Positions 12,374 to 25,903 of a stretch of 64,000 bases of DNA are shown piece after piece. Made by a program: the position numbers and the translations under genes. The notes under the pieces are model-generated. The model did no database searches, was not told the origin of the DNA, and saw only the letters and a list, made by a program, of their open reading frames with translations. Numbering within the stretch: position 1 is the first letter of the stretch; each line of letters opens with the position of its first letter. Location of the stretch: positions 1,116,001 to 1,180,000 of the forward strand of contig OZ374564.1 in NCBI GenBank assembly GCA_977862235.1, read 5' to 3'. The DNA comes from Dudresnaya verticillata. Taxonomy: Eukaryota.

Positions 12374-12390
12374 TGGTCTCCCGACCTAGG
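12374..12390 (+). promoter_or_regulatory. Primer binding site-like sequence
   Basis: TGG begins 1 nt after the LTR end. Resembles the E3 site at 25308-25327 (TCTGATATCCCGGCCTAGAA on the minus strand). Confidence 0.6.
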
Positions 12391-13074
12391 ACAAGTTCTC
12401 TGGGTTGACCCTTTTACTGCATTACCCCCGACGGGTCCAATCAAGACACTCAAATCAGGACGGTTAGTCCGTTGAAGTTTCAAGAAATCTTCCTTTCGAA
12501 GGGTAAAACCCTAGTCGTCTAACTGTCGACGGTTTCTACGCTTTATTTTAAGCTCCTGAGTTACGTCAAATCTTGTGAGCAAGCAAACTACGTTTACGGT
12601 TTTAACCGTCCATAGAAGTACCTTACAACGTCGGACTGACGCCCGGGTTGAGCTACTTCAACAGGTTTTCCGTGCATCCTGAGAAAACACGTGTAACAAT
12701 ACGGTTCCGAACCGTCGAGAAGCCTGGGAAGAAGTCCCCGTTGCCTCGTCGGCAGAGCCGAAAATTCCAAGAAGATGCCAACATCTAATGGCGACACTAC
12801 TAGGCCCGGGTTAACGAGCCGTGGAGCTAGCTGGACTGGAAGTCTTGCATCCGTAAGGACGATTGGGGCTCGCACCCGTGCGGTTTCAACCGCCCTTATA
12901 AGAAATCCGGAAACGGATGAGCCGGGACGTCCGCCAAGAACGACGGGCGCCCCGGCTGGAGAAGAAGTCCCGGGACCAGGTGCGTATCAGGTCCCGGAAG
13001 GAGAAACTACGGTTCGAACTGTCGGAGACTTCCCCGCTGACATCGGGGAGAATTTGGGTTCGAACCCTGAAACG

Positions 13075-13997
13075 TGTGGTGCAAACGTCCTGGACGAAAC
13101 ACCGCCGAGCAGATCGGGGCTCGGTGGGTAACGACGCCCGTGGCGGTGAATGACCTCGCCTAGGGCGGCTTGTGGTAGAGCGGTTGACACGCCTTGGGCG
13201 GACTGTAAACGCCCGAGACGGAAAGGAAGAACAAAAGAGAACGAAAGGGGAACAAGTCAACGACGGTGGTTGATCGTGGAAGCACGGGAGGTAGACGCTT
13301 CGGCCGTAGACAGCGGTAGCGGGGGGTACGCGCGTGCGGAACGGGGAAGTCTGGACCAAGCCCGGCTTTCCGGGAGTTTACCTCAACGTCTGGGACGGAT
13401 CAACGAAGTATAGAACTACTTAGCGGCGGCGACGCGTGCGTACGCGCCGCGCGGGAACTCGGGACACGTGTTGTCCCGAGGCGCATCTGACAGATCCGTC
13501 GGTCATGTAGCCGCGCTCCTGACAGATCACGCGTAGCTTCCCCGCTTGAGTCCTTACACATACACGTGGGTGTACTTCCTTACAGCCACACGCGCCTCAT
13601 GGTGCGTGCGATCTCGATCCGCACTAATCCCGATCCAATCCCGATTCGGGCCAGCCATGCGGATGCGCCAAGCTTACAGGCGCGTGCCTTACACCTCTTA
13701 ATCTCGATGTCTGATCCCGATGTGGCATTCCGATTGGATCCGGATCCGGGCCACACTTACAGCGAACGTTCCCGCCACTGCGCCATGCGCGCACGCGTGG
13801 CGCCGTACAGTGTTCCGGGTTCGGGCGTGCGGTCTGCAGGCCAAACGAGCCGTTCTGGCCCGGGTGGTCAGAGGCATGCGTCGGTGACGTGTTTGCGCCG
13901 CGGGCGGGTTGTGCGCGCGGTGGGCGGTCGCCCGTCGGTAGACGCGGAATATCAACCCGCTTGAAAGCGAAAAAGGGGAATCCCCTCTGGCACTACA
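13075..13997 (-). repeat. 3' LTR of E3
   Basis: TGTGGTGC...GCACTACA inverted termini, adjacent PPT, homologous to the LTR starting at 25328. Confidence 0.85.
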
Positions 13998-14612
13998 CGA
14001 CCCCCTCCGAAAACACAAACACGTCAACTTGCTTCAGCCCGCCTGCCTTCCTGCGTCCGCGCCGGTCGTCTGGGTCATCCGCGCCTTCTCGTTTGCACTT
14101 GCCCGCCCTTGGCGTTGTTTGAGCCCCGTCGAAGACGCACGTTCAGCTTCCCCCGCCTTTGGCGTAGGAACGTTTCCCGTCCAAGACGTACAGTTGCCTA
14201 ACTTCGCCAGTGGCGTGCGTGAAACCCTGTCTGTGACGTCGTATCTGTGCACGCGTTCGTGCACCTACCGCCTAGGGGTGGCTTTGAGTTCCGCCTTCGG
14301 CGTTGTTTGGTCCAACGTCGTTGACGTGTGTTTGTTTGTTTCCGCCTTTGGCGTAATTCACTCAACTTCGGAGTCAAGACCGTCGTTGACGTATCGTGCG
14401 AACTCCGCCAGCGGCGTGTGATTGTTGAGCGTCTCAGACGTAATTGCACAATTCAACGGCCTGCAAGTGGCTGCGCCTTCGGCGGCGCCGGTGTATCCGT
14501 CACCATTCGACTTTGTCTGGAGGATTCCCGCAACGATGCGCGCTTATTCTCGCGGACCCCCTGATTCAACCAGCAGGCCCTGCGGCACGAGGATCTCATC
14601 ATCCATTACGCT

Positions 14613-15488
14613 GTGAGCGGATGTTTGCCAGGGGAGTTACCCCTGACCGTCGTGTGGACGAACGAGTGGCGCCATCGGTGCGCCATTACGAGAGGCTGGC
14701 TGCGTATTACAGCCGGTCAGATGCGTGCAGATGCGCATGCGCGTTTCGTCGTGGACGTATATCGGCGGTTTACCCGCTATCCGGGGTCGGTATTGACGCC
14801 AGCCGTCTTTGAGTTTGACGCAGGGCAGTACCGCACCAGTGGTGCGGTTGGGAATGGAGACCGTTTTGGGACGTTGTCACTGAGCCATGTGGCTGTTTCG
14901 ACTGAGCCGTGGGTGCTTCAGGAGGCTAACCTCCTTGGTGTACGCTTGAAAGCGGATTTCCGATACCTCCATAGGACGGGCACCTTCTATTGGGAGCGCT
15001 GCGTCCGTTGGGAGTGCGAAACGCGCCGCCGCAAAGGTGTTTTCGTTCCGTATCAAGATACGGAAGTTGATCGCATTGAGCGGGAAAAGTTGCCGCACTG
15101 CTTCATCCGTGTCCCGCCGCTGTGGTGGGACTTTGAAGTCTGCGAGGGCTTTGCGGTTGATTTGCCTCCGTGTGTCATGTATATTGGCTCCGAGGTGCGG
15201 ACGGATCCGTACTCCCGATGTTGGATCGCATTCTTCACCGAGTGGGTCATCAATTTGACCTACGCCTGGATGTGGGAGGTGAATGACACCTTCCGTCTCT
15301 TTTACGTGCGACCACGCGTGATCAGCCTCCTTGGCGCGCTCGACTTGGCCGAAGTGCTGGTGGTGCCAAGAATTGCCAAGCGTTCTGGGATCTACGCCAT
15401 GTGGCGGATAACGTCAACTGGGACGATCCGGCTGTTGTGCCGCCGAGAAACAGACGCCGTAAGGCAAACCGTCCGCGTTACGCGATGA
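14613..15488 (+). CDS. Antisense ORF of E3, conserved domain part; frameshifts near 15360 into ORF 15401-16726
   Basis: VPPLWWDFEV...VDLPPCVMY...FTEWVINLTYAW...RLFYV aligns with the E1 antisense ORF. Confidence 0.7.
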   Translation: MSGCLPGELPLTVVWTNEWRHRCAITRGWLRITAGQMRADAHARFVVDVYRRFTRYPGSVLTPAVFEFDAGQYRTSGAVGNGDRFGTLSLSHVAVSTEPWVLQEANLLGVRLKADFRYLHRTGTFYWERCVRWECETRRRKGVFVPYQDTEVDRIEREKLPHCFIRVPPLWWDFEVCEGFAVDLPPCVMYIGSEVRTDPYSRCWIAFFTEWVINLTYAWMWEVNDTFRLFYVRPRVISLLGALDLAEVLVVPRIAKRSGIYAMWRITSTGTIRLLCRRETDAVRQTVRVTR

Positions 15489-16726
15489 GTAGAAACCATT
15501 CCGCCTGTGGCGATTGGGTGAGGTACAACCCGGGGACCAAACGTCTTACGACGGAGAACATCGCTGAGAGCCATCGTCGTACGGACCGCTTCACGCCAGC
15601 GAACCACCCACGCGGGTTGCGCAAGAATTACGACTTCGCGGGTGATTTCCCGCCGCACTTGAGCGCCATGATGGCGGAGGAGGATGCGTTCCACGCTAAC
15701 AGCGGACCGGTTAACCCATCTGGGACGGAGGTAATTATGCCTATGGCGGTTGAGTCTACTGCGGGGGCAATAGCCCCTGCGACAACTTCGCCAGCGGCGG
15801 TAGGACCGGCGGTTGTTGTGCCTGTTGGCTTGCCGTCGGTTGCGCCGTTGGATCTCTCGGCGCCCGTCAATGACGGTGATGGTGATGCCATCATGGCTGC
15901 GCCAGTGGCGAATTCTGCGTCTGCAGTTACGACTCAAGGCGGAGTGTCTAACGTCGCTGACGGTGCGCATCGCACTCCTGCAGGGGCCGAATGGACTGAG
16001 GAGCAGCGCCGCACGGTGCTCGCATTCTTACGGGCCACCGGTGTCGTCACTGACGGAGCGAGCGGAACATCGACGACGCCACTTGGGCACTCGCTCCTGG
16101 CTGCTCTGCAGCCCAGCGTTGCCGTGGTGCCGGCGTCGACTATCGTTGCAACTGTGCCGTCTAATGACGAAGTGGCGAAAAAGCCGGTGTCGCCTAAGGT
16201 GGGTTGTTCGGGTTCGTCCGCCATTGCGTCTACCGACGTTGTTAAAAAACATCCGCCAAAGGCGAGTGCGATGAAAGCGCCTACGGCGGGTCCGCAGGCT
16301 CCAGTAGCCTCTTCGTCCGTGACGGATGTTGACCGTTCAATGCCTTTGGCGGTTAATGGGGTCCCGTCACCGGAGGTGCCGGGGCCGTCGACTTCGCCCA
16401 AGGCGGTTGAGGATGCTCCACCTCCAAAGGCGAGCGAGCTTCCTTGTGTAGCGCCTAAGGCGGATAATGATTCTAACTCTGCGCCTGTGGCGGTTGACAA
16501 AGAGTCGTCGCCTAAGGCTTGGGGTGAGCCAAGCTCGTCGCCAGCGGCGGATGTCGCGACTTCGACAGCGGTGGTTGTGGCGGGCCCCTTGCGGTCTGTC
16601 CCTGCACCTACTGCGAGCGCACCGTTGGTGACGGAAGACGACCTCTACGAAGAGGCGTTAAGAGAATCCGCCAATGGCATCGGGGATGATGCCCCATCTG
16701 AGCCGTCTGCGACGAAAAAGCCGTAG
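15401..16726 (+). CDS. Antisense ORF of E3, C-terminal part with Pro/Ala/Ser-rich tail (441 aa)
   Basis: Long open frame containing the DWVRYNP motif followed by a low-complexity tail, as in E1. Confidence 0.6.
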   Translation: MADNVNWDDPAVVPPRNRRRKANRPRYAMSRNHSACGDWVRYNPGTKRLTTENIAESHRRTDRFTPANHPRGLRKNYDFAGDFPPHLSAMMAEEDAFHANSGPVNPSGTEVIMPMAVESTAGAIAPATTSPAAVGPAVVVPVGLPSVAPLDLSAPVNDGDGDAIMAAPVANSASAVTTQGGVSNVADGAHRTPAGAEWTEEQRRTVLAFLRATGVVTDGASGTSTTPLGHSLLAALQPSVAVVPASTIVATVPSNDEVAKKPVSPKVGCSGSSAIASTDVVKKHPPKASAMKAPTAGPQAPVASSSVTDVDRSMPLAVNGVPSPEVPGPSTSPKAVEDAPPPKASELPCVAPKADNDSNSAPVAVDKESSPKAWGEPSSSPAADVATSTAVVVAGPLRSVPAPTASAPLVTEDDLYEEALRESANGIGDDAPSEPSATKKP

Positions 16727-17938
16727 CGTTGTCGGATCGTTAAGAACGGTTAACAAACGCGAGAGCTCGTGTGGTGTCGCTTTGCCTGCCCCGAAGCGGG
16801 GTGGCCAGCGAGGGATGCATACGTCATAGACGGTTAGTGCGGCGTCTCGTGACGTAGGTCGTAGTGAGAAGTTATACGGGCACGGGGGTTACCCCCGCTT
16901 GTGAAGCCCGAATAGACTTGACCGTTGTTAAACGTAGTTACTTATAGTCCCACTTGGTGTAGAGCGCTCCGATAGCGAGAAGTGTGTAGCCGACGGGTCT
17001 CGTTTGTTTCGTTGTAGTTGTTTCGGTTCGCTGTAGTAGCGCTTGCATAAATGCTCGGGGCGGTGTCGCCTTGGCGACGTACTCCTTCTTGTTGCCGCTA
17101 CAGTAGCGTAGGCCCATTTTGGGGGAGCCCATGCTCTTCAGCCGACTTAGTCGTTTTGTTCACATCGTCATTCCGCTTGTTAAGCGAGTATGTAGTTAGG
17201 GAGCCGTTTTTCGGTTGGCTTTTCGTCTTTGAAGTAGGAAATGTTGGGTTGGCGTCGGCGGCCCTTAGCTTAGCGTTGCCCCGTGCGTTGGACGCGTCTC
17301 CTGCGACTCCTGGGCACGGTTGCCACGCCCAGTGGCGGAGTCATTTTTGCGACTAGCGCGTCGTGCACGAACAGTAGCCTAACTCCGTCTTCGACGACTG
17401 GTTCTTCTCTCGTGTTTGCCGGCGACCCCTTTTGCGATTTGAAACACGTCGTTGATGTCTACGGGCGTTGTCCTTGGAGCGCTTGCATGTGCCGCCAGCA
17501 AGGGTAGCGAGTTTCAGACTTGACCGTGGGCGTGGGAGACGGTCTGTCGCTTCCTTGCTTGCGTTTGCCTCGTGGGCGCTCGTAGTGCCGGGGCACACAC
17601 TTTTCAGATCCTCGTTTGTTGGGCGCCGCCTGGCTGGCCGTGCCTTCGCGTTATTGTTTTCACATTAAAAGGTTCCATTTCGTGTGTTGCTTGGTTTCGT
17701 GTGGTGCGTGCGCCCTCCACGCTTTCTGACTACTGTCAGCCGTCCTGTCCTTACGGACCCCCTCCGAAGAGGGTTGCCTATTCGCGTGTCGCCAACCCAA
17801 CCGTCCTTGACGCGGTGGATTACAGCACCCCGTCTTCCGTAACGAGTGCACCTCCGCGTCAACCCGTATGAGGATGTGGCGTGTACTTTCGCCGAATTAG
17901 ACCGCCCCGTTCGCTTTCAGCGTCCACCCTGACTAGGG

Positions 17939-20900
17939 TTACCCGCACTGCGCGTCGTCGATGTTTGGCGGCAGACGCGTGTGCTTCTGGCGGTGATATC
18001 GCACGACGTGTGATCGCGGTAGACTGGAGACTGGTTCCCAGGTATTAGCTGAGGCGGGGTATCCAAACCACTTGACGCGGTAGAGTATCTCACCGTCTTC
18101 CGCGTGTGCGTGCGACTCAACCCGTTCGATAACGTACTCCTTCTCGCTTGCAGCGGTCGACGTGGACTCCTGCCGTTTTAACGCCTTGGGCGGTTCACTT
18201 TGCTGCGTGATGGGCGTCTGCACCGGTTCTGCGAACCGTACTCGACGAGTCGATCGCCTAAGGCGCTGGGCCGGTGCCCGAGCGCTTCCGTAGCGGATTG
18301 TGGTTCGTCGCTTTTGCGTACTGGTTCCTCGCTGCCAGCGTTGTCCTTTGGATTAGCGCGGCCTTCCTCATCGACATTCGATGCGCTCGGAGCGGGACCT
18401 ACATTGGTAGCCGGCGATGCCGAGGTTGCGTGTCCCATTCGCGTACGGATGCCTGGACCCTCCTCATCGTTGGAGACGGATTGCGGGACTCCTTCATCAG
18501 GGTTGGCGGCGACGGGCGAGATCTCTACCAACCCACGACTTCGCGGCGTTGCATTAATTCGCTCCTGCGAGTCTTCCGCGCTTCGCGGTGTCCCTGTGCC
18601 TCCGACCAGGTCCGCCTGTGGCGTGTCTGGGGTTCCTGCTCCTTCGTCTGTTGACGTGGGGGCAGTGGGCCCCGGTACTTCAGGTGGTCCCGGTGGTTGC
18701 ACGGTTGCGGGGGCGACGTGCCCTAGTGGGGTTGGCGCCCATACCACGTGGTCCCGGGATAAACGCTAGCGTTCTCCACGTCCCTTGTCGACGGTGACCG
18801 TCTCTTCATTGACGTGAGTTACCCGATATGGTCCATCCGCCACAGGCGCGAGCTTGTGCTTCCTCTCGGCGCGATCGGTGCTCCCGCCACGGGCGAAGTA
18901 TTACTTTCGCACGAATGCGAAGTCACCCACAGCGATGTTCTCCTTCGATTTCCTCAGGCGAGTATCGAAGTTCCGTTTGTAACGCGCCTGCATTTTCTCG
19001 GGCGACATTTTAGCGGTTCCCATCAATTCTGCAACCCAGGTGCACCACTTGGTGTAGTACTGGTCAGCGGTGGGCACGCTTTCAAGCGACGGTTCCGCTT
19101 CCAGCGACAATGGCAGCGGGGGCTTGGATAGTACCAGTTCGAACGGAGCGAGGTGTGTAGACGAATGCAGTTGCGTATTGTACGCGAACTTCAAAACCTC
19201 GGTAAAAAAATCCCAGGCGTGTGGGTGGTCTGCTACGTAGTGACACAGGGAGGCGAGGATGGTTCGATTGAATCGTTCCACCTGGCCGTTACACTGTGGA
19301 TGATATTAGTGGTGAAGAGATTCTCCTCTCCTTGGATGCGGCAGACTTCCTGGAACAACTTGGCTACAAATTGCTGCCCATTGTCGGACAGCAGCTTCTT
19401 GGGTGGGCCATACACAAACACCCAGTGTCGAACAAACGCCTTAGCGATTTCCAATGCCGTAATCTTACGTAAGGGAACCGTCCGGACCAGCTTCGAGAAG
19501 CGGTCCGCGATGCCGAGTAGGAACTTATATGCCGAGTAGGAACTTATTCCCCCGCTTAGTGCGATGCGTTACCCGAGTATATCGATGGACACAAACTCGA
19601 GAGGCTCGGTGGCTGGGAACAGTTTCATCTCCTTCACGTTCTTTCGCATTAGTACCCGGTTCTTCGCGCAGGTAACGCAGTTTCGGACGGTCGCGTAACA
19701 ATCCACCGACATAGACGGCCAATAATACTCGCGTCGAAGCGTATGGTACAGCTTCCGCCCTCCGGGATGTCCTGCTAATTTAGCGTGATGCTGGAGGTGG
19801 ATCAATCGAACGCGTAACGCGGATGGTACAACGACTTGAGGTCGGGCCTCGACGGTCCGAACCAATAGTCCCTGTTCATCCGTTGCAAAGAGTAGGGCGT
19901 CTCCGTCTTCTAGACGTTCCCAGATCTCGGAACAGTACTGGTCATTGCCCTGGGCATGCAACAACTGTTCATGCGTCAATTGACGGAGGAGAACTTCATC
20001 CGCCGGTGGCGCGTTGGTAACCAACATCTCGTCAAACTCCTCGAACTCTCGTTCGGAGAAATCGACTTCGCCCTTGGCGCTTGACGTATCGCTTTCTCCG
20101 TGAGCGTAGCCGTCTTCTGACGAGTGATCCTCGTCTTTGACGCAACTTCCGTGGTAACACGGGATTTCATCGTCGATCGGTTCGACCGTTTCGCCGTTCG
20201 TCTGTATACGCGAGAGGGCATCTGCCTGAGTATTCAGGTATCCCTTTTTGTACTTCACGACAAAGTCGAATTCAGACAGACAAAGGCGCCATCTCATTAA
20301 CCGTCCCGAGAGGTCGCTGATTTCCATCAGGCTACGGCTACCTCAACGACGAATGGTCCGCATGAACTACGAGGCACTCCATCTGAAGGTACGGTCTCAA
20401 TTTTGTGATCGACCAAACCACTGCGAGGCATTCCTTTTCGGATACCGAGTAGTTGCGCTCCGGAGCGGTTAACGAGCGTGACCAGGAGCCAAGCGACTTC
20501 CGTTCACCGTCAGGCTGCGGTTGGAAGAGTGCACAGCCAACTCGGTATTCACTCGCGTCACTATCGACGTAGTGCGGTAGTCCCTGCTGCGGCGACACCA
20601 GGATGGGTGGGTGAGTCACCGCTTCGACAAGCGTGCTGAATTCCTGAGCTTGCTCCTCGGTGAACGGTTGTAACCGGAAGTCTTGCTCTTTCCTCAAAAC
20701 TTTGTTGAGGGGAGCGGCGACATGCGCGTATCGCGATAAAAGCCGTCTATTGACGTTGCACAATCCGAGAAAGCTCCGTAATTCCTTCTGGTCCCGCGGG
20801 TGCTTGGCTTCGCGTATCGCGGTGGTGACCGTACGGTCTACTTGCAATCGTCTCGGACGTATCACTTGGCCTAGATAGTTGACGGTCGGGGTGAAGAAGT

Positions 20901-22450
20901 CGCACTTGGTCAACTTCAATGTTACCCCGGCCCGATGCAAGGTCGAAAGGATCTCGTCAACGTGACGGAAGTGACTGTCCATGTCGTTAGAGAAGATGAT
21001 CACATCGTCAAGGTAGACGAGCATGAGCGCCACTTGTAACCAGCCAGTAAGATATCAAGGGTCCGTTGAAACGTAGCCGGCGCGTTAATAAGCCCGAAGG
21101 GCATACGCTTGTAGCGGAACAACCCGGCATGGCACGTGAACGCCGTCTTGTCGCGATCCCGCGGGTTGATGAGCACCTACCAGTAACCACTATTGCAGTG
21201 TAGGGTAGTGAAGACGTTTGCTTCCCCTAGACTTTCAATATATTCGTCGATTCGCGGAGAGGGTACGTGTCTACCGTCACCGCGTTCAAGCGACGGTAGT
21301 CGACGCAGAAGCGGAGTGTACCTTCCTTCTTGGGAGCAAAGACGACCGGCGACGCACATGGCGACTGTGCGGGTTCGATAACGCCCTGAAGCAGCATGCG
21401 ATCCACCTCCGCTTGGGCGAGTTGCCTTTGCTTTGGGCCAGCGCGATAGGGCAGGGATGAAATCGACCTGGAGCCGGGGAGCAAGTCAATATAGTGCTCC
21501 GTGGTTGCGATTTCTCCTAATGAACCGTCCCACATCGACGAGTACCTGCGAAGCATCTCCTTCAGCCATCCTTGATGTTCGGCTGAGAGATGACTCAGGT
21601 CCAACTCGTCCACTGACGGAGGTTTTTGCTACAGTTGCTTCGATCGACTTAGCGAATGTATCCGGCTGTGCCGTTACTCCATCATTATTTTGAAAACGGA
21701 AATCTTGATTCGCCTCTTCCTCCGTTGCCTGCTCCTCGGTGATACCTAGGACATCGGCCAGACTTATGTGACTGGGGAACACTGCTGTGGGATGTGGCAA
21801 CGCAGTAGCGATGACTTGTCCTTTGACGAGCGCCTGCGGACGCGGGGAAACGTTTGCGACGAGAATCCGGAACGCTCTCAGCGGCCCTACCGGAGCGACC
21901 CCGTTAGTAATGGCCAAAGCTTGCCGATCATATACCGTTCCAAACAGCGGGATGGTAATGACCCCTGCTCGTTCGGTCGTTACCGAGATCCAATTTTGCG
22001 CCTGTGTCGGGATGATCGTTCGTTTCGCAACGCGTATCTTGGGCGCCGTTTGCCCTCCGGCCGTGCCGTACTCTTGTTCCGTTGGCAACGGGGGTACGAC
22101 GGGGGCCGGCGCGGCGGGAGGCGCGTTATAGGGACGCGGGTCCCGTCGTCCAACTCAATCTCGCGACTCCGCGGATAAATGGCTTCGACAAAGCGGTCGC
22201 AAAAGTCGCAACCGAGTATAACCGGCGCAGCGAGTCGTTCGCAAACGATTAACTCCAACTTGACAGCCCTTCCTCCGATACATACGACTAATTACATGGT
22301 GCCTTCGGTTTGAAACGCCTTGTTATTGGCGTCTAATATTACAGGAAGACTCTTGGATACGATCCGTGGTCGCACTTCTATTGGAATGTCGTCAATACGA
22401 ATGAAATTCGGACCAGCCACGTGTCGATCACAGTACTTTTATGTTCCAAT
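17939..22450 (-). pseudogene. E3 pol (protease-RT-RNase H-integrase-chromodomain), multiple frameshifts
   Basis: VIDT/AGPNF near 22430; SPVVFAPKKEGTLRFCVDYRRLN; VYLDDV; ERNYSVSEKECLA; ERFNRTI; EYVIERVESH...YRVKWFGY...TWEP. Confidence 0.92.
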
Positions 22451-25400
22451 GTACTAACAGTTGCGCTCAAGTAGGCGTATACCTTTTAGTTACTTTTGGC
22501 CATTACGAACAAGTGTCCCCGTCCTCGCGGGGTTGGTACCTTCGCCAGGGGCGCTTTAACGACGCCTGTGACGAATATATCCGCCCTTTAGCGTGTTCAT
22601 TGACTAGCTTCGGGCCCTCCTTCGGTGTTAACACCCCAGACGGAGGTCTCTCGTTATGTTGTGACACTCCAGTGTCAGGATTCAGTACCATAGCTAGTTT
22701 TTCGCCTCTGGCGGTTGTTGCTGCGCTATGCAGGGATTGATCACTTTCGGGTGGCGTTCTGCCGCATGCGGCATTGGTCCGCCTCGTGGCGATTGTGGTC
22801 GTGCAGCACGGCGGATCGAGTCGTGAGTCGCGCGTTCCTTGACACGGGTGTCCGCGTCAGCTGGGACTGCGGCCTTCTCTGCGTCCGTTAGGCATTCATA
22901 GTTGGTAATCACATTCATGAAGTTGCTCATGCGGAGGAAGCAGTCTCGCGCGATGTGTCCGCGGGCGTAAAACTGGTGAGAGATTAGCTGTCGGTGCGCG
23001 TCTTGACGGAATGGACCCCGTTCCTGCCATCCTGGCCTTGCCTGGTGGACCTGTGGGGCATACCCCGAGTATGGAACACGTGGCGCGGGTACTACCGAAC
23101 GCCGAAAAGCGAGAGAGGGATACAGGTCTTGCTCATCTTCGTCCTCGACGTAATTGTACATTGGCAATGCGGAGGTCGGGACCGAAGCCTGCTCATCGGC
23201 TAAGTATAGATCGCCATCGGCGTATGTTTTTATGTCATCGTGTCGATGACTAGCGAAACTCGGCAGAAGACGCCGCTATCATAGCGCGCGCTGTTGACCT
23301 TGCGCATTCCGTCAGTTGAAGGAGTGCCGTTCGGGTAACGCCCACGGCGGATCGTGGGACACTGGCGTCTTGGGCTAGTACTATAATGTCCCATCGGGTT
23401 GACGCCGAGCTGGAATTGCCACGTCGTTCTCGGTTGGCGTCCCCTTCGTCCTACGTGAAGTAGAATAGCCTCCCGAACGACAATTCCGCCCTCGGCGTTT
23501 CTTCGTGGAAGCGAGCCAAGAGAGACATTATCGTTGGGTCGAGCCCGTCGATGTATAAGGTCATCTTTCCCAATCAGGTCATACGTTACCGCAATGAATG
23601 CACGCTCCGGCTAACCGTACCCCATAGGCCATTTCTTCCACGCCTTGCCTTTGCGGTGTCGAGCGGATTGAATGAATAGCAGTTGCGTACGTAAGAAGGC
23701 TGTACTATAACGCCTCCGGATACGAAGATACTCCACGACAGTGGCACGTTGACATCGACTTGACGGAGCGGAACTGCGTCGCCTCTGTACCTCGAAAGAA
23801 GTACGGTAGCGCGCCGCACGCCTGCGCCTCTCTCATCTCGAGCGTGTCGGCCTCATGCGCAAATCGCGTTAAGAACTCGAGGACAAAAACTGGGTCGTGT
23901 CCATTGAAGGCATCGTTCTGCAACGTTAACTCTAGACGCTTAATGTGGTCCTTGGCCTTGTCTGTCTCGCGTCTGGAGCGTGTCTGTCCCACTTCACTCA
24001 GACGATACGATCGGTATGACAGCAGTTGTTCGAGCAGGGGGTTGGAGGGGCATAGCTCCTTCAGCCATTTGTACGCTTTCCGCGAGATTCTACGGCATTG
24101 CCGTTGGTTGGCCGACCGACATCTTCAGACGATGGGTCCGATGCGTTTTCGTCACTTAACGTATGTGACGATGGAGATGACGAATCCCCAGGTCGATGAA
24201 GTTCCTTCTTCCGTCCTCGACGTGCCTTGCGGCCGCCTTGTTTCTTGCGATCCCTACGCCGACGGCGAAAGTCTTCATCTGAGCTATCTACTTCAGATGG
24301 TGGTCCATTGTGCCACTTGGCGGTTTCGAGTCGCTCGAAGGGGGCGGCTAAGCTGGAGAAACGCTCCCAGGTACTGCGGTCCGAGCGGATATGGGTTGAC
24401 CCGTACCCCGCTTCGTCAGTACATGGTCAAGGTCGGAGCGGAGCCCTTGAAGGCCCCGTCGCGATCTTCCTCCGAAGTCTGAAGACGGCTAAAGATTCCT
24501 CCGATACTGCCGTCTAGTATTTAGGCGACCCGAGCGAGCAGCGCATCGTCTTCAAGGACGAATACCTCTCGGATACGCGTGGTATCGTTAAGTTACTCAC
24601 GCGAACGGCGGTGGGTGACCCCGTTGGCGGTTGACGTGCGGGGGTTGATCTGTTGGCCGACCCCTCAGCGCTTCGACGTGGCGAATTCGGCTTAGCTGGC
24701 GAACAAACGGCACTGCCGTAGGGTGTGGGGCAACATGCCCCAGGTATTGGTGAATCGTCAACAATGTTGCGCTCCGCAGAGCGCCCTTGTTCGTCATTGA
24801 CGGGGATAGATGGTTGGTTTTCTGGACGTTCCGGTTATCTCACGACGGTCTCGGCTTGTCTTTCGTCTTCGGCGCGCTGTTGCTGGGCTTGTACTGTGTC
24901 AGCAGAGTTAACGTATGAGTGATAGGTGCGGAGGGCCGATCCCTCGGTGACTGAGGTACGGACGACAACAGGGATCCCTGTTGGTGGCGGAGGTAACTCT
25001 CCCTCGTTGTTCGAAGCGTGGGTGCCGTCGTGGTCGTGGCTCAGGGGTAACGTCGGGAAGGCCGACGCAATCTCTGTGCTCATGACCCGCCCATATCCTG
25101 TTTTCTTAGCTGGATACGACCGCTCCGACGCGGGGAGACTCGGCGTCGATGGTGGGCGTCTTGAACTGGGGCCTCTCGTAGTTGGCGGTCTGGAGGCCAT
25201 GATACAATCGTAGATCTGCTTGAACACCGTGGACGATTAGTGACACCATCAGATGATGGATTTTCTGACTTCGCACGACGGTAGAGCTCGTTGAAACATA
25301 ACGCTACTTCTAGGCCGGGATATCAGATGTAGTGCAAACGTCCTGGACGAAACACCGCCGAGGAGTTCGGGGCTCGGTGGGTAACGACGCCTTCGGCGGT

Positions 25401-25903
25401 GAGTAGCCACACCTTAGGCCGTAGTTGTAGAGCGATGGACGACGCCTTGGGCGGACTATTAACGACGTAGGCGGAAAGGAAAAACAAAAGAAGACAAAAT
25501 AAAACACGTCAACAACGGGGGCAGATCGTGGAAGCACGGAGAGGTAGCCGCATGAGCCTTGAGGCCAGCGGTTAGGTACGCGTGGCCCGGAAGGGCTAGT
25601 CTGTACCAAAGCCGGCTTGCTCTGGTTTACTCCAACGTTCTAGACGGGGTACCTATTTACCATTAGTAGCACGGATGCCGAGGGCGTCGCGCAAGAACTC
25701 AGGACACTTGTTGCGCTGTAGTGCGTCTAACAGATCTGCCGCGCGGTGCAGCGACGCATCCGACAGGCTTGTGCCACACGTCCTATACAGTTGCTTACAC
25801 ATACAAGTGGCCACGCGCCCCTTACAGGTGCGGGCGCGTGACAACGTGGGTGATCTCGATCCTAATCCGGATCCGCATCAGTATCACGAGTGCGCCGTTA
25901 TTA

